This document shows, in pieces, positions 52,511 to 64,000 of a stretch of DNA of 64,000 nucleotides. Positions within the stretch are counted from its first letter, which is position 1. Every line of letters begins with the position of its first letter. The notes beneath the pieces were generated by a model, which made no database searches, was not told the DNA's origin, and was given only the letters and a program-made list of their open reading frames with translations. A program made the translations under genes and the position numbers. Source of the stretch: Felis catus (Eukaryota); assembly GCF_018350175.1 (NCBI RefSeq), contig NC_058368.1:48238001-48302000 (forward strand), read 5' to 3'.

Positions 52511-54887
52511 ATTTCGATTGTGTAAAAGTTGTTCCTGTGTAAGGAAAATATAATTTATTTCAGAGATAGATAATCACTCAAGTGTATGAGCTATGTGGGC
52601 GTTCATTGGTGAATTCAGACTAAACAGGAAGTGATGTAAATTATACTTATTACACTGCTGGGAGAGAAATATATTAAATCCAGACAGCACTCAAACAAAG
52701 TACAAGGAACTCATTGTGTTGAAGGAAACCAGGCAACTTTGGTGGGAAGACAATGTACTATATGGTATGAAAACCATCAATGGCCATCTGGGACTAAAAT
52801 AATTGTTTAGGGAGCATGATTTTGTTCTAGCACTGAAATATGTTTTCTTCTTTGATAAAGCCCCAGGGTATTCTGATCCTAAGCACATTGCCATTTTTGT
52901 ACTTTTAACCATTTCGTGCTGTTGTTATATTGGACAGAGTAAGAAACAGCTACACCAACGGTATTTAGATTAGAAATCTTAGCTGTGATGAAACACCCAG
53001 AGTAAAGGAGAGGATTGAGAAAGTTACAGGATTATCTAGCCCCCATATAATTCCCCCTATTGTTGAAGTATCCAGGAATCACTCAGCAAAAGAAATATTA
53101 ACAAATAAATTACCTTGAGAGTAAAACAATAGCATGTGATCTATTCCTTGAGGTTTGTTCCATTGGTCTATCTTTACGATAAAGCCTCCTGGGATGAACT
53201 GAAAAACAAACAAAAAACATCGCTAAAGGGCTGGTTTGGCTGTTTGCGTGGCCTAGCGAGCACTCTCAGAAAATCAGGCCAGAGACATATAAAATTAATT
53301 TCCAACTTACATTTTGTTACAAAGTCATATCCAAAATGAAGTAATTGAATGAATTAAGTTCAGCCTTACAATTTGCTACCATGCTTCACCCAGAGTAGAA
53401 CAAGACGGACTTCCTTAATTTATTGGCCTCTGCCTTAACCGAGTATTTCTAAGATGGCATAACGAAAATCTTCACAGATAATTTAGTAAAAATGTACTTA
53501 TGGTTTATTGCCTCAGTTTTCAAAAAAAATACCTTGCTATCTTTTAGTGAGTGATTTCCTTCATAAATTGGGGGTTGTGATCACCACACCAATACCAACA
53601 AAGCTCTGACTGGGAGAGAAAATCACTCCCCCCTGGGAGGGACCCCCTTCATAGTGCTCGAAACAGCCAGGTTTGGGAAAGTCAGAGCCACAGTGCACTG
53701 AGGCTCCCAGCTGAAGAGGAAGAAGCGTGTTTGGATGGGGATGGCTGGAATGTGCACCCCCGTGGCTCTCTCCACAGTGTCTTTGAGTGGAACAGAGTGA
53801 TTCTGCAGAACACCACGTTCATTTGGAAGTGGATTTCTGTCTGTAATAAAGCAAGCCTCAAACGATTTTAGTCTCTCATTTTTATGAGTGATTCAACTAC
53901 CCTATGATTTGCTGAGTATGAGACGAAGGGCAGTATTGTTGGGTTTATATCGGCGCGAACATACATAATCAAAGTATTTGTTGAATGTTTTTGATATTCA
54001 CTGCTCTTAACTCTCTCTCCCACCTTAGCCCCTGATCCCCACCTTCCATCCTTTCTCCAGTCTCTTAGCCCACAACCCCCTAGTGGCTAAGGACACCAGT
54101 TCTGGAACCAGACTGACTGGGAAAATTGCCTAAACTCAGCGCCACTCTTTTTTATCTATAAAAATTAGGATAATAACAGGACCTAACTCAGAATTTTTGT
54201 AATGAATTAAAAGGAACAGATATAATGCTTAGAATACTGCCTGGCATCTATGAAGTACTCAATTATTATTTGAATTACCACCTATCATCTATCACCATTC
54301 TATATAATTATCAGTAGCATTCACTACCATTCTCGTCATAGAGTGGATTTACCTAGTAGATCTTCAACTGAAGGACATTACGCTGGAGGATAAATAGATT
54401 TTTCAAGTGCTTAATTTAGCAATTATTCAAAAGACATTCTCCTCATTACTGGTCTTATTTTCAAAAACCTCATAATCCAGTTTTCTTAAAAACGTACAGA
54501 AATAAACTTGCTGGCACGTGCCAGGTGGATCCTTCTATACTTAAGTGATACACAAAACCTGAAAAAAAGAATTCAATTATAGAGTCCATTCTAGGCTTGG
54601 AAAGATGCATTTTTTTCCATATCATTTCATATTCCTGGACCACTTTTTAATTTTATATTCGGTAAAATATTGTTAGGAAACCTTCTTTGGGTGCCGGTTG
54701 TTATGAGATAAAAACCCTGTTCATTTTTTAGTATCAAGTATATCTCGTTCTGTGTTTCAAATCACTGTACACAAGTGGTAAAACTTTTCATAACAAAGGT
54801 TTAATTAGAATGGTTAATAACCATGATTTCCAAAGTGTCTGAGTCACCCTTAGTAATAATTAGGGAGTTTTGTTCCATACAAAATGC

Positions 54888-54893
54888 TTTATT
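54888..54893 (-). terminator. Polyadenylation signal AATAAA; a variant ATTAAA lies ~90 nt downstream at ~54800-54805
   Basis: Plus-strand TTTATT; the minus strand reads ggttaAATAAAgcattttgtatgg, at the end of an AU/TGTA-rich tract. Confidence 0.6.
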
Positions 54894-57629
54894 TAACCTT
54901 CATGCCTTCATTCAGATAATTATACAAATGCATACAGTTAAAGGTTTAAACTCTATTTCGGTTCACAGCTCAATTCATAGGAAAGTTGAATACAGAAAAG
55001 CAATGCACCAACAGAATATGTCTGAGACACCATTAAAAACGATAACACTTGTTCATTTAAATCTCTGAGAATAGACTGGAATAATCATCCTCTGAGAGAG
55101 GCTCATTAGGAGGGTCTCCCTTTACATTATCATAGGGCAAAAAAAAAAAATCACCATTTTACAGTAAAAGGAAAAAAGCTCTGAGTATATTTACAATACA
55201 TACACTATACATAAATACAAGAACAACACTTACATAATATTAATAAACTTATAACAGGGGTTGCCTAAACACTACAGAGTATATAAATGCAGAGGAAACT
55301 ATTGGGAAATTAGATCTTTAGATAAGCTGGAGAAATAAATTCATTTGCAATTAAAACTGAACAGAAAACCAAATGAAGATTTAAGAAATTAACACATTTG
55401 CTTGCCAGCATCATTGGGGGGTTTTATCCTTTAATGCGTAGGACCTCCTGTGGGCATTGTAACTCTCTGGGGTCAGGGACCCGAGAGTCTTTTGTAAAAT
55501 TACATCTGTAAAGTGAGTCAGACGCAGCACATCTATTCAATTTGCTGTTCAGAGGCTTCAAGCCTAGAATAACTGTTTTGTAAACCAAAGGATGTTTTTG
55601 TGTTTTTACACAGATGGATCTTGTGATCCAGTCATCATGTATAATGAGCTAAGTGTCAAGGAAAAGGAAAAAGATGCCTGCTTGATTTGGCCAAAGATGA
55701 TATTTTTCTTTATTCCCATATATTTTTCAAATACGAGTGAGAGATTTATTTAAAAGAATATGACGTTTGAACTGACCCCCACACACCAAGAGCAATGTCT
55801 AGACTACTACTAATTATAACTAAGTCATTTTAAGTGGCAGGTGGGTATCTTAAAGGTGGTCTGTTCTCATCGTTTTACAACACAGAAAGTTCTGAGTACA
55901 TTCTTCAATGGACAAACATGAATTTGCTGGTTTCTCTTTTTTAAAATGAGCATGTTATGATACACATAATTGCATTATGATGCAGGATGACATAATACGT
56001 AAGACGATGTTTTCAAGCTGGTTTTGTAAGTAGTTATCTCACATCCACAGAGAGTTGGTTTGCCATGGGATGCAACGTGTCCCACATAGACATGGACAAA
56101 ACAATACAACTACCATTCTGCGAGGGGTCGGGGGCGGGGGGATGGTGATTTTTTTAAATGAATTTTTAAACACAACAAATTGTGGACAGACAAGTTGATA
56201 GGAAAGAGCCTTGAATATAGGCACCAGTGCCCCAGTTCAACAATACCCATCCAACATGATGAAGCCTGAGGAACAAAATATATATTGCAGTCTGGGTGTA
56301 ATTAAAAAACTCTGCCATAGGAAAACTAGAAACACAAGTAGGGAGAAAGCATTTTCTATAAGGTTTTACACTGTATCTTTGGAGCACGAAATTAGCAAGG
56401 GGAAGATGTTGGTGTGTCCCTAAAATGTCTTACTTTTTGATTACCTGAGCACTTTTACTAGAATGTGACCCAAATTCTACCCTCCTATGCACCCTCATTT
56501 TTCACCAAAAATGAATCTCTGTGAACGTCTTGGTAGGCCTGCTTTGGTAAAAGCAAGATATAATTCACAGAGTCTGGTTCTTGCTTTGCACAAAGGGCAG
56601 ACTCTATTGTCCCAAACATCTAAAATTTCTAGAGATGAAACCCAGAAAGAAAGAAAAAAAAAAAAAAAGTACTGATGTGACTATTACCACTATTCATCTC
56701 TTTTCAACTCACTTAAAGTTGTGGTTTTGTTGTTGAGAAATTGTTGCTTGTGAAACCCAATTAACGGAGAAGAGAGCCCCTTCCCGCAGTGGCTTGTGCA
56801 CACAGAACACTTGCTTTCAGCACGGAAGGGAATTTGTTTATACAGGTTTTATCTCTTCCCTCAGCCAAGTAACAGGGAGAAAGATCATAATTCAGGGGAT
56901 TCATTTTCAGAAAAAAGAAACACCATGAGAAATGACATTCTCTTAATGTTTTCTAAGCCCATTAGTGCTTCCATGGATCAATACTGTCAAAGACCTTGTT
57001 CTACACAGAAAAGGGGTGGCGGTTGATTTCTCTGATGTTGGACAGCTTCTCACATAAAATTCAATTAAACTAACAATACCATAAACAAATTATTCATAAG
57101 ATTATTTAAAACATTCCAAGGTGGTACTTTCAGGTGAGAAATCTGAAAAGGAACTATTCGTTCTCTCTCCTTGCTTGTCATCTGAATGTTTGTGATTGCC
57201 GCCCCGTTAACAACTGCCAAGAGTGGGCTGATATTCACGAGTTCTATGGAGGTGTACATTTCAAAAGCAATTTAAGCAGATTCTAGAAGGTCTACAGGCG
57301 GAAAGGCTTTTACTATACCTACAAATAAATACATAGACTTGAGAAAACCCACTCTGGCTAAAATGCTACCAAGTGGGGGAGAGTTTTCAGGATTTGGGAT
57401 CTCTAGGCCAAACATTTCAGAGGAAAGTGACAAATTCAGGGAGACAGCTGATCATTGCTGTTTGTTTATAATGATCCTTAATGCAGGACTTCCCAGGAGA
57501 AGCCTGATTTCAGGTATTGGGTACCACTGTCATATCATGTGCTATATCTTACTTGGAAAATAGGACTACCCAGCCATAAAACTACTTCAGAGTTAGAAAC
57601 ATGAAAACTTGGCTGTAGGGAAGCCACCT

Positions 57630-57860
57630 GCAGTGTGGTGCAGTTGGAAGAACACGGCCTTCAGACTAGAGATAGGTAGCTTCACATTCCCACTCTGCTG
57701 TTCGCTATTTCCGTGTTTGCAAATGACTCAGCCACTTTCTGTGCCCCATTTGCCCAACTATAAAATGTAGACCTGTTTACGGAATAGAGGCAACGTGTCC
57801 AAAAATTGCCTAGTAGGATGCTTGGTGGATAGTAAGGGTTTAGTAAAGGACAGCTATTGT
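57630..57860 (+). mobile_element. MIR inside the putative 3' UTR
   Basis: gtgtggtgcagttggaagaacacggc...ctttctgtgccccatttgcccaactataaaatg...gcctagtaggatgcttgg. Confidence 0.75.
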
Positions 57861-58915
57861 TTCCACGGTTTGCTGAATTTTTGACCTTTCAACTTCATTC
57901 AGTACTTTGAGACAACTTGTAGGAAACAGCCCAGTTAGAAGATTTGACTTCAGTGAGATTTCAGAACCCAGCAGCTTTCCTTGGACACTTAACTGGTTCT
58001 TTTACACCCTATCCTGGCACATTTCCTTCTCCTTTTTGTTCTTTCTGTAACTTAGAGAAGGAAATAGTGAATGGTTTTCTAGGCCTGTGGTCTGGTTCTG
58101 GAGAAATATGTAGACCACTGTCCATCGTGGTAGCCTTCACTGTCTAAAGCCTGAGTGTTTAATCACAGTTATATTTTTTAAAATTGCTCCTACCAAATGT
58201 TTGGCTCTGAAAGAGTATAATTTTGCTGATAGCCCTCAATAGCTTGTTTGGGTGGATTTGTGCTCTGAGATGGTAAGGCTGGAGAATTTCCAGGGCTCTT
58301 GTCTATTCGTATAATCTCATTGTATATTTCTATTCATGACTCAACTTCTAGCAGTAAAATAATTACAGGAAAAAGTAGGCAAGTTCTGAATGTAAATCTG
58401 GTAATTTCCAGGACTAACTGCAAACCTTGGTCAAAGCTAGGCTTACTGTCAGCAGTCTTCAGTAGACTTTTTTAGAGAGAAATGATTGTGTCGATATTCA
58501 TTCCAAAATGGTTCTTGTAGGATAACAGAAAATACTAGGGAAAAAGAAAATGAAGAAATGTAAAGATGAATTTGTGCATTTGATATTAGTCGACAAAATA
58601 AAGTAAAACAAACAAGTATCTCCAGTGTTTTGCTCTACATAATTTGACTTTTGTTAACTGAGCAAAACCTTTTGAGCTACACACAGTGCTTTGCAAGTTT
58701 GGGGCGAATCAGTGAAGTTTTTACCTTAAGATTATAATTGCCATATTCCAGAGTGTATGTTGAAGATAACCTTAATGTTCAGATTTGCATTCTTACATTC
58801 TGTAAGATTAAATTAATAAGTAACTAGCGTAAAACAAGATTGGGTATGTTTAAAAATCACAAAAGAATTTTCGTGGGTGTTAGAACCTGTTCAATTTACG
58901 ATGTGCATATATTTA

Positions 58916-58949
<34 letters not shown>

Positions 58950-61900
58950 ATGTGTTTCCCAAATGTGGAGGAAAGACCCGGTCTAATGAAGAATTATTGC
59001 TGTGTAAAAGCATAGGAATATCTCATTGGTCATAATGTCTATTGACAGGCACTTTCAGCTTTTAATTCATTTCTGAAAATGGGCATTAGCTTATTCCTGT
59101 TGCCAGTACAGATTCGTTGAACATGTGGCCATATCCATAGCACTTCATCTTGTCAACATGTAGCTACTCTTAAAAGTATTCATTCCCTCTGGAATTAAAC
59201 AAGAATCAACCAACACCTTATAGTTGTTTTGCTTTTTTACTTTTTGTTTGGTATCAAAAACTAGTTCACTGAGGAGGAAGATAATTGAGAAAAGAGAATA
59301 ATTGCTAGATGCTTCTCTTTAGCACAAGTAAAATCCTATGCGGCTATTTTCTCCTCTTCAGGCAAAGACATTTTGAATTTGGAATCAGTTGTCTGCAACT
59401 TAAAATGACTTCACTGTGTTTTAAACCGTCCTGGCTAAATTGAGACAAGTGACCACTCCATTTGGTCAGAGCACAAAGAATGTGCTCTGACACAGTGGAA
59501 CACAGTTCCCATGGCAATATTGCTAATTGTACGATATACAAGGCATATCTGAACAAGTTTCTTTTTTTTTATTGTGATGAAAACTAGAAGCTCTTTTTTC
59601 CCAACATACTTCATCAAACTATTTACAACCTCTGTAAAATTTGTGAGTTTGAAAATACTTTTCACTATCACATACGTTTACGAATACAGCAAAATATTTT
59701 CACTCTATTTTTTTTTAAAGATGCAGTATCCTCCTATGTCATTTTCTTACGAAAATCTGAATTTCTATTGCAACTGCACAGTATTCAGCATATTTAAAGT
59801 ACCAATGGACATGGGTCGCTAAACAGACATTACTCTATAATGAAACTGTGAAAATATAGCATTTTTAATTTTTATGTACACTTCTTAACTATAAAATGCA
59901 GGCAAAGTCATACATAGCATTATAAGCTGATTCCCTAATAAGGTAAATAACTTACATTTCTAGACAGCATGGATTATTACAAATTCATTCTTTTAAAAAA
60001 GTTCTTTGTTGATATTTACGAGCCCACTGGCTGCTGCATATACAGGTGTGTATGTGGTGGGGGTGCCTGTACAGGTAAGTGGAAGGCAGTGTGGGGGTAA
60101 GTAGAAATGTAATATGGAAGACGTGACTTACCAAACCCCTTTTCAGAACAAAAGCATATTGAATGGAAAGATTTTTGAATGAGATGCACTACCTCAGAAA
60201 AACTGAAGGAAGAGATTTGGTCAACGAAGTTACAGAATACATAGAACCTCCTAGATTTACAGGCGTGAGTACAGAGCAAAATCTGAGACGGGACTATGCG
60301 GTATGAGTATTAAGGCTTCCTGGGCCCAAAAGGACGCATGAGAGTTCTCTCTCATTCAGTCCCTTACATGAAGACTATAGCTCAGTGTATTATGGGTGCT
60401 GGTGTTCTTAACACTGCTTAAATTCTGTCAATCCTCGCTATAAATGTTAAGACACCTTTCTAACAACATCATGGCTACATTTCTTAGCAGTCATAACCAC
60501 ATAACAAAGGCGTAGGAATACATTTGAAGGCCTCACCTCACCAGATTTATTCATTTGCAGCTTTGGTAAGTATAAATAAATAAAGTACAGAATAAGGAAT
60601 ACTGCATCTTTATCCATATACATGTTATTCTAATGAACTGATTTCAAAGTGCAGAATTAGATTTACGTTTAAAACAGAAATGGCAAAGTCTGAAGTTTTA
60701 AAAAAAGTTGTATAAAAATGAACACCATCTTTGTATAAGCTGTTCCAAATTTCAACCAGAGTGAGAATGGCCTTTCTCATCCCCTAGTACTGGCATTTGT
60801 AAACACTGTAGCATTTTGTAAGGTTTTCTCCCCACCTCACAATTTCCCCTCCTATTTTCCACTTAAAGTGAATAAAAAGTGCTCTTTTTAAAAATGCAGT
60901 TTGTGTTATTGTCAACTGCTTTTGCAAATCAATGTCCTATAGTGTTTTGTCGAAGTAATGCCAGGCAGTAGTACATTCTTTATGGGAAAGCCATTAGGGA
61001 TTTTCGTCTACATGTCTTAATACAACTTAAGACAAGTTATCAAGCAGGCTTCTCAGAGTCCACACATAATTGACAGGATGGGGCTGGAGGTGGATAGGGA
61101 AGCGTGAATCTTTTTCCTAACAACTTATGATCAGAATATGGGGAGGGCATCTATTAAAACCTCCGAGTAACTTGTAACTCTTTCAAATAATGTTAAGTCT
61201 CTTGAGCTCCCATCTCTACACCACAAAGAGATAGTCAAGTCTACTACAGCTCCTCAAGCCACTCCAGCTGTCGGTGTAGTTCTCAAACACGCACATGTGT
61301 CCAACTGCAAACTGAACAGCTCCAAATTTAAAACCAAAGAATGCTTCTAGTTAGGCAACTGACAAATCCTTTGGATTCTGCCCCTTGTCTGTTGCTCATC
61401 GTCTACTACTGTGCTTTTTAAAAGAGGCTAGAATGGATATAGATGAAATGGAGGAGGCTTTTCCATGCCTGAAGATATTCCTACTTAAAAATCCAATTCC
61501 TTCTCTCCCAAATCACTTTCCTTTCCATGGGGAAACACTGGTAGGAAACTCACCAGGAAGAATTTGCTTTGTCCCGGGAAGAGCCCCAAGTAAGTTTCCG
61601 TCCTGAGGGGGAGATCAGCAACTCACTCACTGCTTGTGCTCGGATCTCTCTTTAGAAGTATCGATTATGTCGAAAGGGGGAAATGTCATAATGCTGACAG
61701 GTTTTATCAGTTAACTTACCATCTCCATCTCAGTCTGGCTTCTACTTTCAGAGGGTGGAGAAAAAGCTCACTTCCCTGAACCTTTCCGATGTGATCAGAG
61801 AGGAGCAGCTCATTTAGTTCTGTGCTAAATTTAAGTCAAGCTGTCACTCAGGAAGCTCCCACTGCCTGTCAGTTCTACAAATTCTAAAAACCATTTCTAC

Positions 61901-62175
61901 TTGTAACACTCTCAAGACATCTCTCCGCAGAGAAAAGATTGCCCCTCTTATGAGAGTAGGCAGAGTGAAATCAAGTCTACACTGCGCCTGGACGATTCAC
62001 CTACTAACAGCCAACCAGGTTCTAGGACCGGCAGTGAGGACATCACAGGCCATGCTGGCCACTCTCTGTGTTCTTTGCCACTGACCAGTAACCAACGCCG
62101 CTGTGTAGCAAGAAACCTTTTTCTATCCAAAATGGTCACAAGCAATGAGAAGTAGGAATTGTATACAGTACAGAT

Positions 62176-62298
62176 AAAAAAAAAAACAAAAAACAAAAAA
62201 AACTTTCCAGTTGGTAAAAAAAAAAAAAAAAAAAGAAAAAAAAGAACGAAAGAGGAGAAAAAAAAAAAAAAAACCAAAAAAACAACCACCAAAAAACC
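62176..62298. repeat. A-rich low-complexity tract (U-rich on the minus-strand mRNA)
   Basis: Read directly from the sequence. Confidence 0.9.
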
Positions 62299-64000
62299 CA
62301 GTGCTTGGTGGGTAGTCAGATTGTGTAGCAAAAGGAGCTGTGTATCAACAGAATCGCAGCCCTTGTTCGAAGGAAATTGCCTGATGAATTTTTCAGACCT
62401 GGCAGAAAATGCAGAGCACGTATTTTTGAAGACAGAATTTGACCTGAAAATCATTATGCTGTTGCTTGAACATTTAAAACAAATTCCTTTTAATACCATC
62501 CAACACGAATTGTCCTTGTTTCAATGTTTATAGTTCTTGCTTCATCATTAAAGTTTCTCTGAGTAAGAAGAGGATCCCAAAAAGGATAGTTCTACAACCG
62601 GAAATTATTTCAGAATGTTCAAACATTTAAACATGAGCTAGGAATATTGTGAGGTTAATTTGTGCAATTCCCCAAATCAAGTGTTGGTGATTAAAATATA
62701 TTGCAAAGGCCTATGCTGGCAACCTTTTATATCTAAGCTATAAAAAATCTTAACAACAACAACAACAACAACAATAACAAAAAAACTTCACCAAGCCCCT
62801 TAGCCACATAAAGCTGAAAAAAAAAAAAAAACAACCCAGCTTTTAGTGGAGAAACAAAATACGGTAATTTTTCTGAAAGAATGCTTGTTGGTGATGTATT
62901 GCTTTGTTTCCTGTGTACTTCGCTAGCTGCAAGAAAGGCTCGTGAGTTTAGGGGGCTGACGGGATGATCATCTCCTTCCTCTCACCCTCAGCACAGGATG
63001 AGTGGGTTCAACATCCCTGTAGATGCCAGCGCAGAACCCCTGGGTTCCGATACAGTTTAGAAAATGAAGTCTATATAGAAGAACCTATTGGAGAGTCACT
63101 TGGCCTTGGCTCTCCAAGTGAGGAAACTAGCACCATGTCAGGCTTTCCTCGGGGAGCGCTCCCTTTCCACTGACTCGGTTCCAAGGAGAACTGACCCATT
63201 AACCCAAGGGTTAACTCCCTGCTATGCCTCCTTGGCCTTTCTCGTCACCAAATAACTGTTTTCAAACAAGAAAAGGGGAGCATAATCTTTAATTGTGGTA
63301 CTCAACCAAGCAGGACAACAAACAGCAGAAAGATTACCTCAGGGCTCTAAATGTAACCAAGACATCTAAAATGCTAGGGTGTTTTTTACAATCCCTTTAG
63401 TAAGTATGAAAATTGGTAACGTGAGTCCTCAGTGAAGTTATTGTAGGAAAGTCCTTTTATTCATTATTGCTTTTCTCCTCAAGAGGCGCATTATTCCATC
63501 TCTGCTTTGTCTGATTTTTCATGTTCACTGACTTTGCCCGAGCAGCCCCACCTCTTACCTTGGTGCCAGTGTGTCTAAGAAAGTTTGTTGTTTTTTTTCC
63601 CCCCCTGATTCCTTGTAATCAAATACTAGGGGCAGGAAGAGATGATGCCTAGGTGACAGAACACTGCAATTTGAAGTGGGGCAGTAGTTTTTTAGACAGG
63701 CTCTTCCTATTCAACTACAGAACACCTCTGTGCCAGTCCATGCCAGGGCAGACACCGAGACTAGGCTCCAACTGAAATGTCGCTGCCCCTCTGCTCGAAC
63801 AGATGAACAAAACAGAATCAAAACAAAACAAAAACAATCAACGACAAACAAATGAGAGATTCAATGTTGGTTTTCTTCAGGGCATGGCAGAATGACAAGT
63901 TGCGGGTGATATCTAGTTGCCGTCATCACTATTGCAAAGGGCTGCCTGAGCGCCCCTTTATTTTCAGGTAATGGAACCTCTCCAACAGGCTTCTTCTTCT

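Larger units (their letters stand above)
54870..64000 (-). other. LPP: Distal part of a very long 3' UTR (terminal exon) of a minus-strand gene whose CDS lies beyond the right edge; tentatively LPP
   Basis: About 9 kb with no CanSINE or L1 and no credible ORF. The minus strand is U/GU-rich with TGTA motifs and three Pumilio elements, and ends at AATAAA (54888-54893). The gene name rests on my recollection of the human LPP 3' UTR only and needs BLASTN. The UTR call is firmer than the name. Confidence 0.55.

Noticed and set aside
61948..62533. 183-aa (-) and 124-aa (+) ORFs
   Set aside because: Poly-Phe and poly-Lys arise from the A-rich tract; no domain or splice context; inside the putative 3' UTR.
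63860..64000. Open minus-strand frames at the window edge as the CDS end of the gene
   Set aside because: The peptides (e.g. KKKPVGEVPLPENKG...) match no protein C-terminus I recognise; more likely UTR, though the upstream sequence is not visible.

Overview
Mammalian genomic DNA from a felid, judged by about 18 tRNA-derived CanSINE/SINEC_Fc copies and a carnivore L1. I found no protein-coding exon; the listed ORFs are L1/Tigger remnants, SINE or microsatellite read-throughs, or chance frames. Bases ~1-51,000 are repeat-rich intergenic DNA. They hold a full-length but inactivated L1 (~41.66-49.04 kb), older L1 fragments, an internally deleted Tigger1 with nested insertions, two ERV1-type solo LTRs, MLT/LTR16 LTRs, MER5/MER20/MER63, MIR, L2 and microsatellites. 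Bases ~54,870-64,000 look like the distal ~9 kb of a very long minus-strand 3' UTR, ending at AATAAA (54888-54893). From memory it resembles LPP, but this is unverified. The most unusual unexplained structure is at ~18.55-20.08 kb: about 25 CpG-decayed GCCACGCCCC-like (KLF/SP) boxes interleaved with two blocks of a ~20-bp GAGAAYTGTGGGAGA unit, next to one intact GC box, which suggests a fossil regulatory array. Several repair or template-switch scars are also visible. Repeat family names come from recalled consensus sequences and need Dfam/RepeatMasker confirmation.
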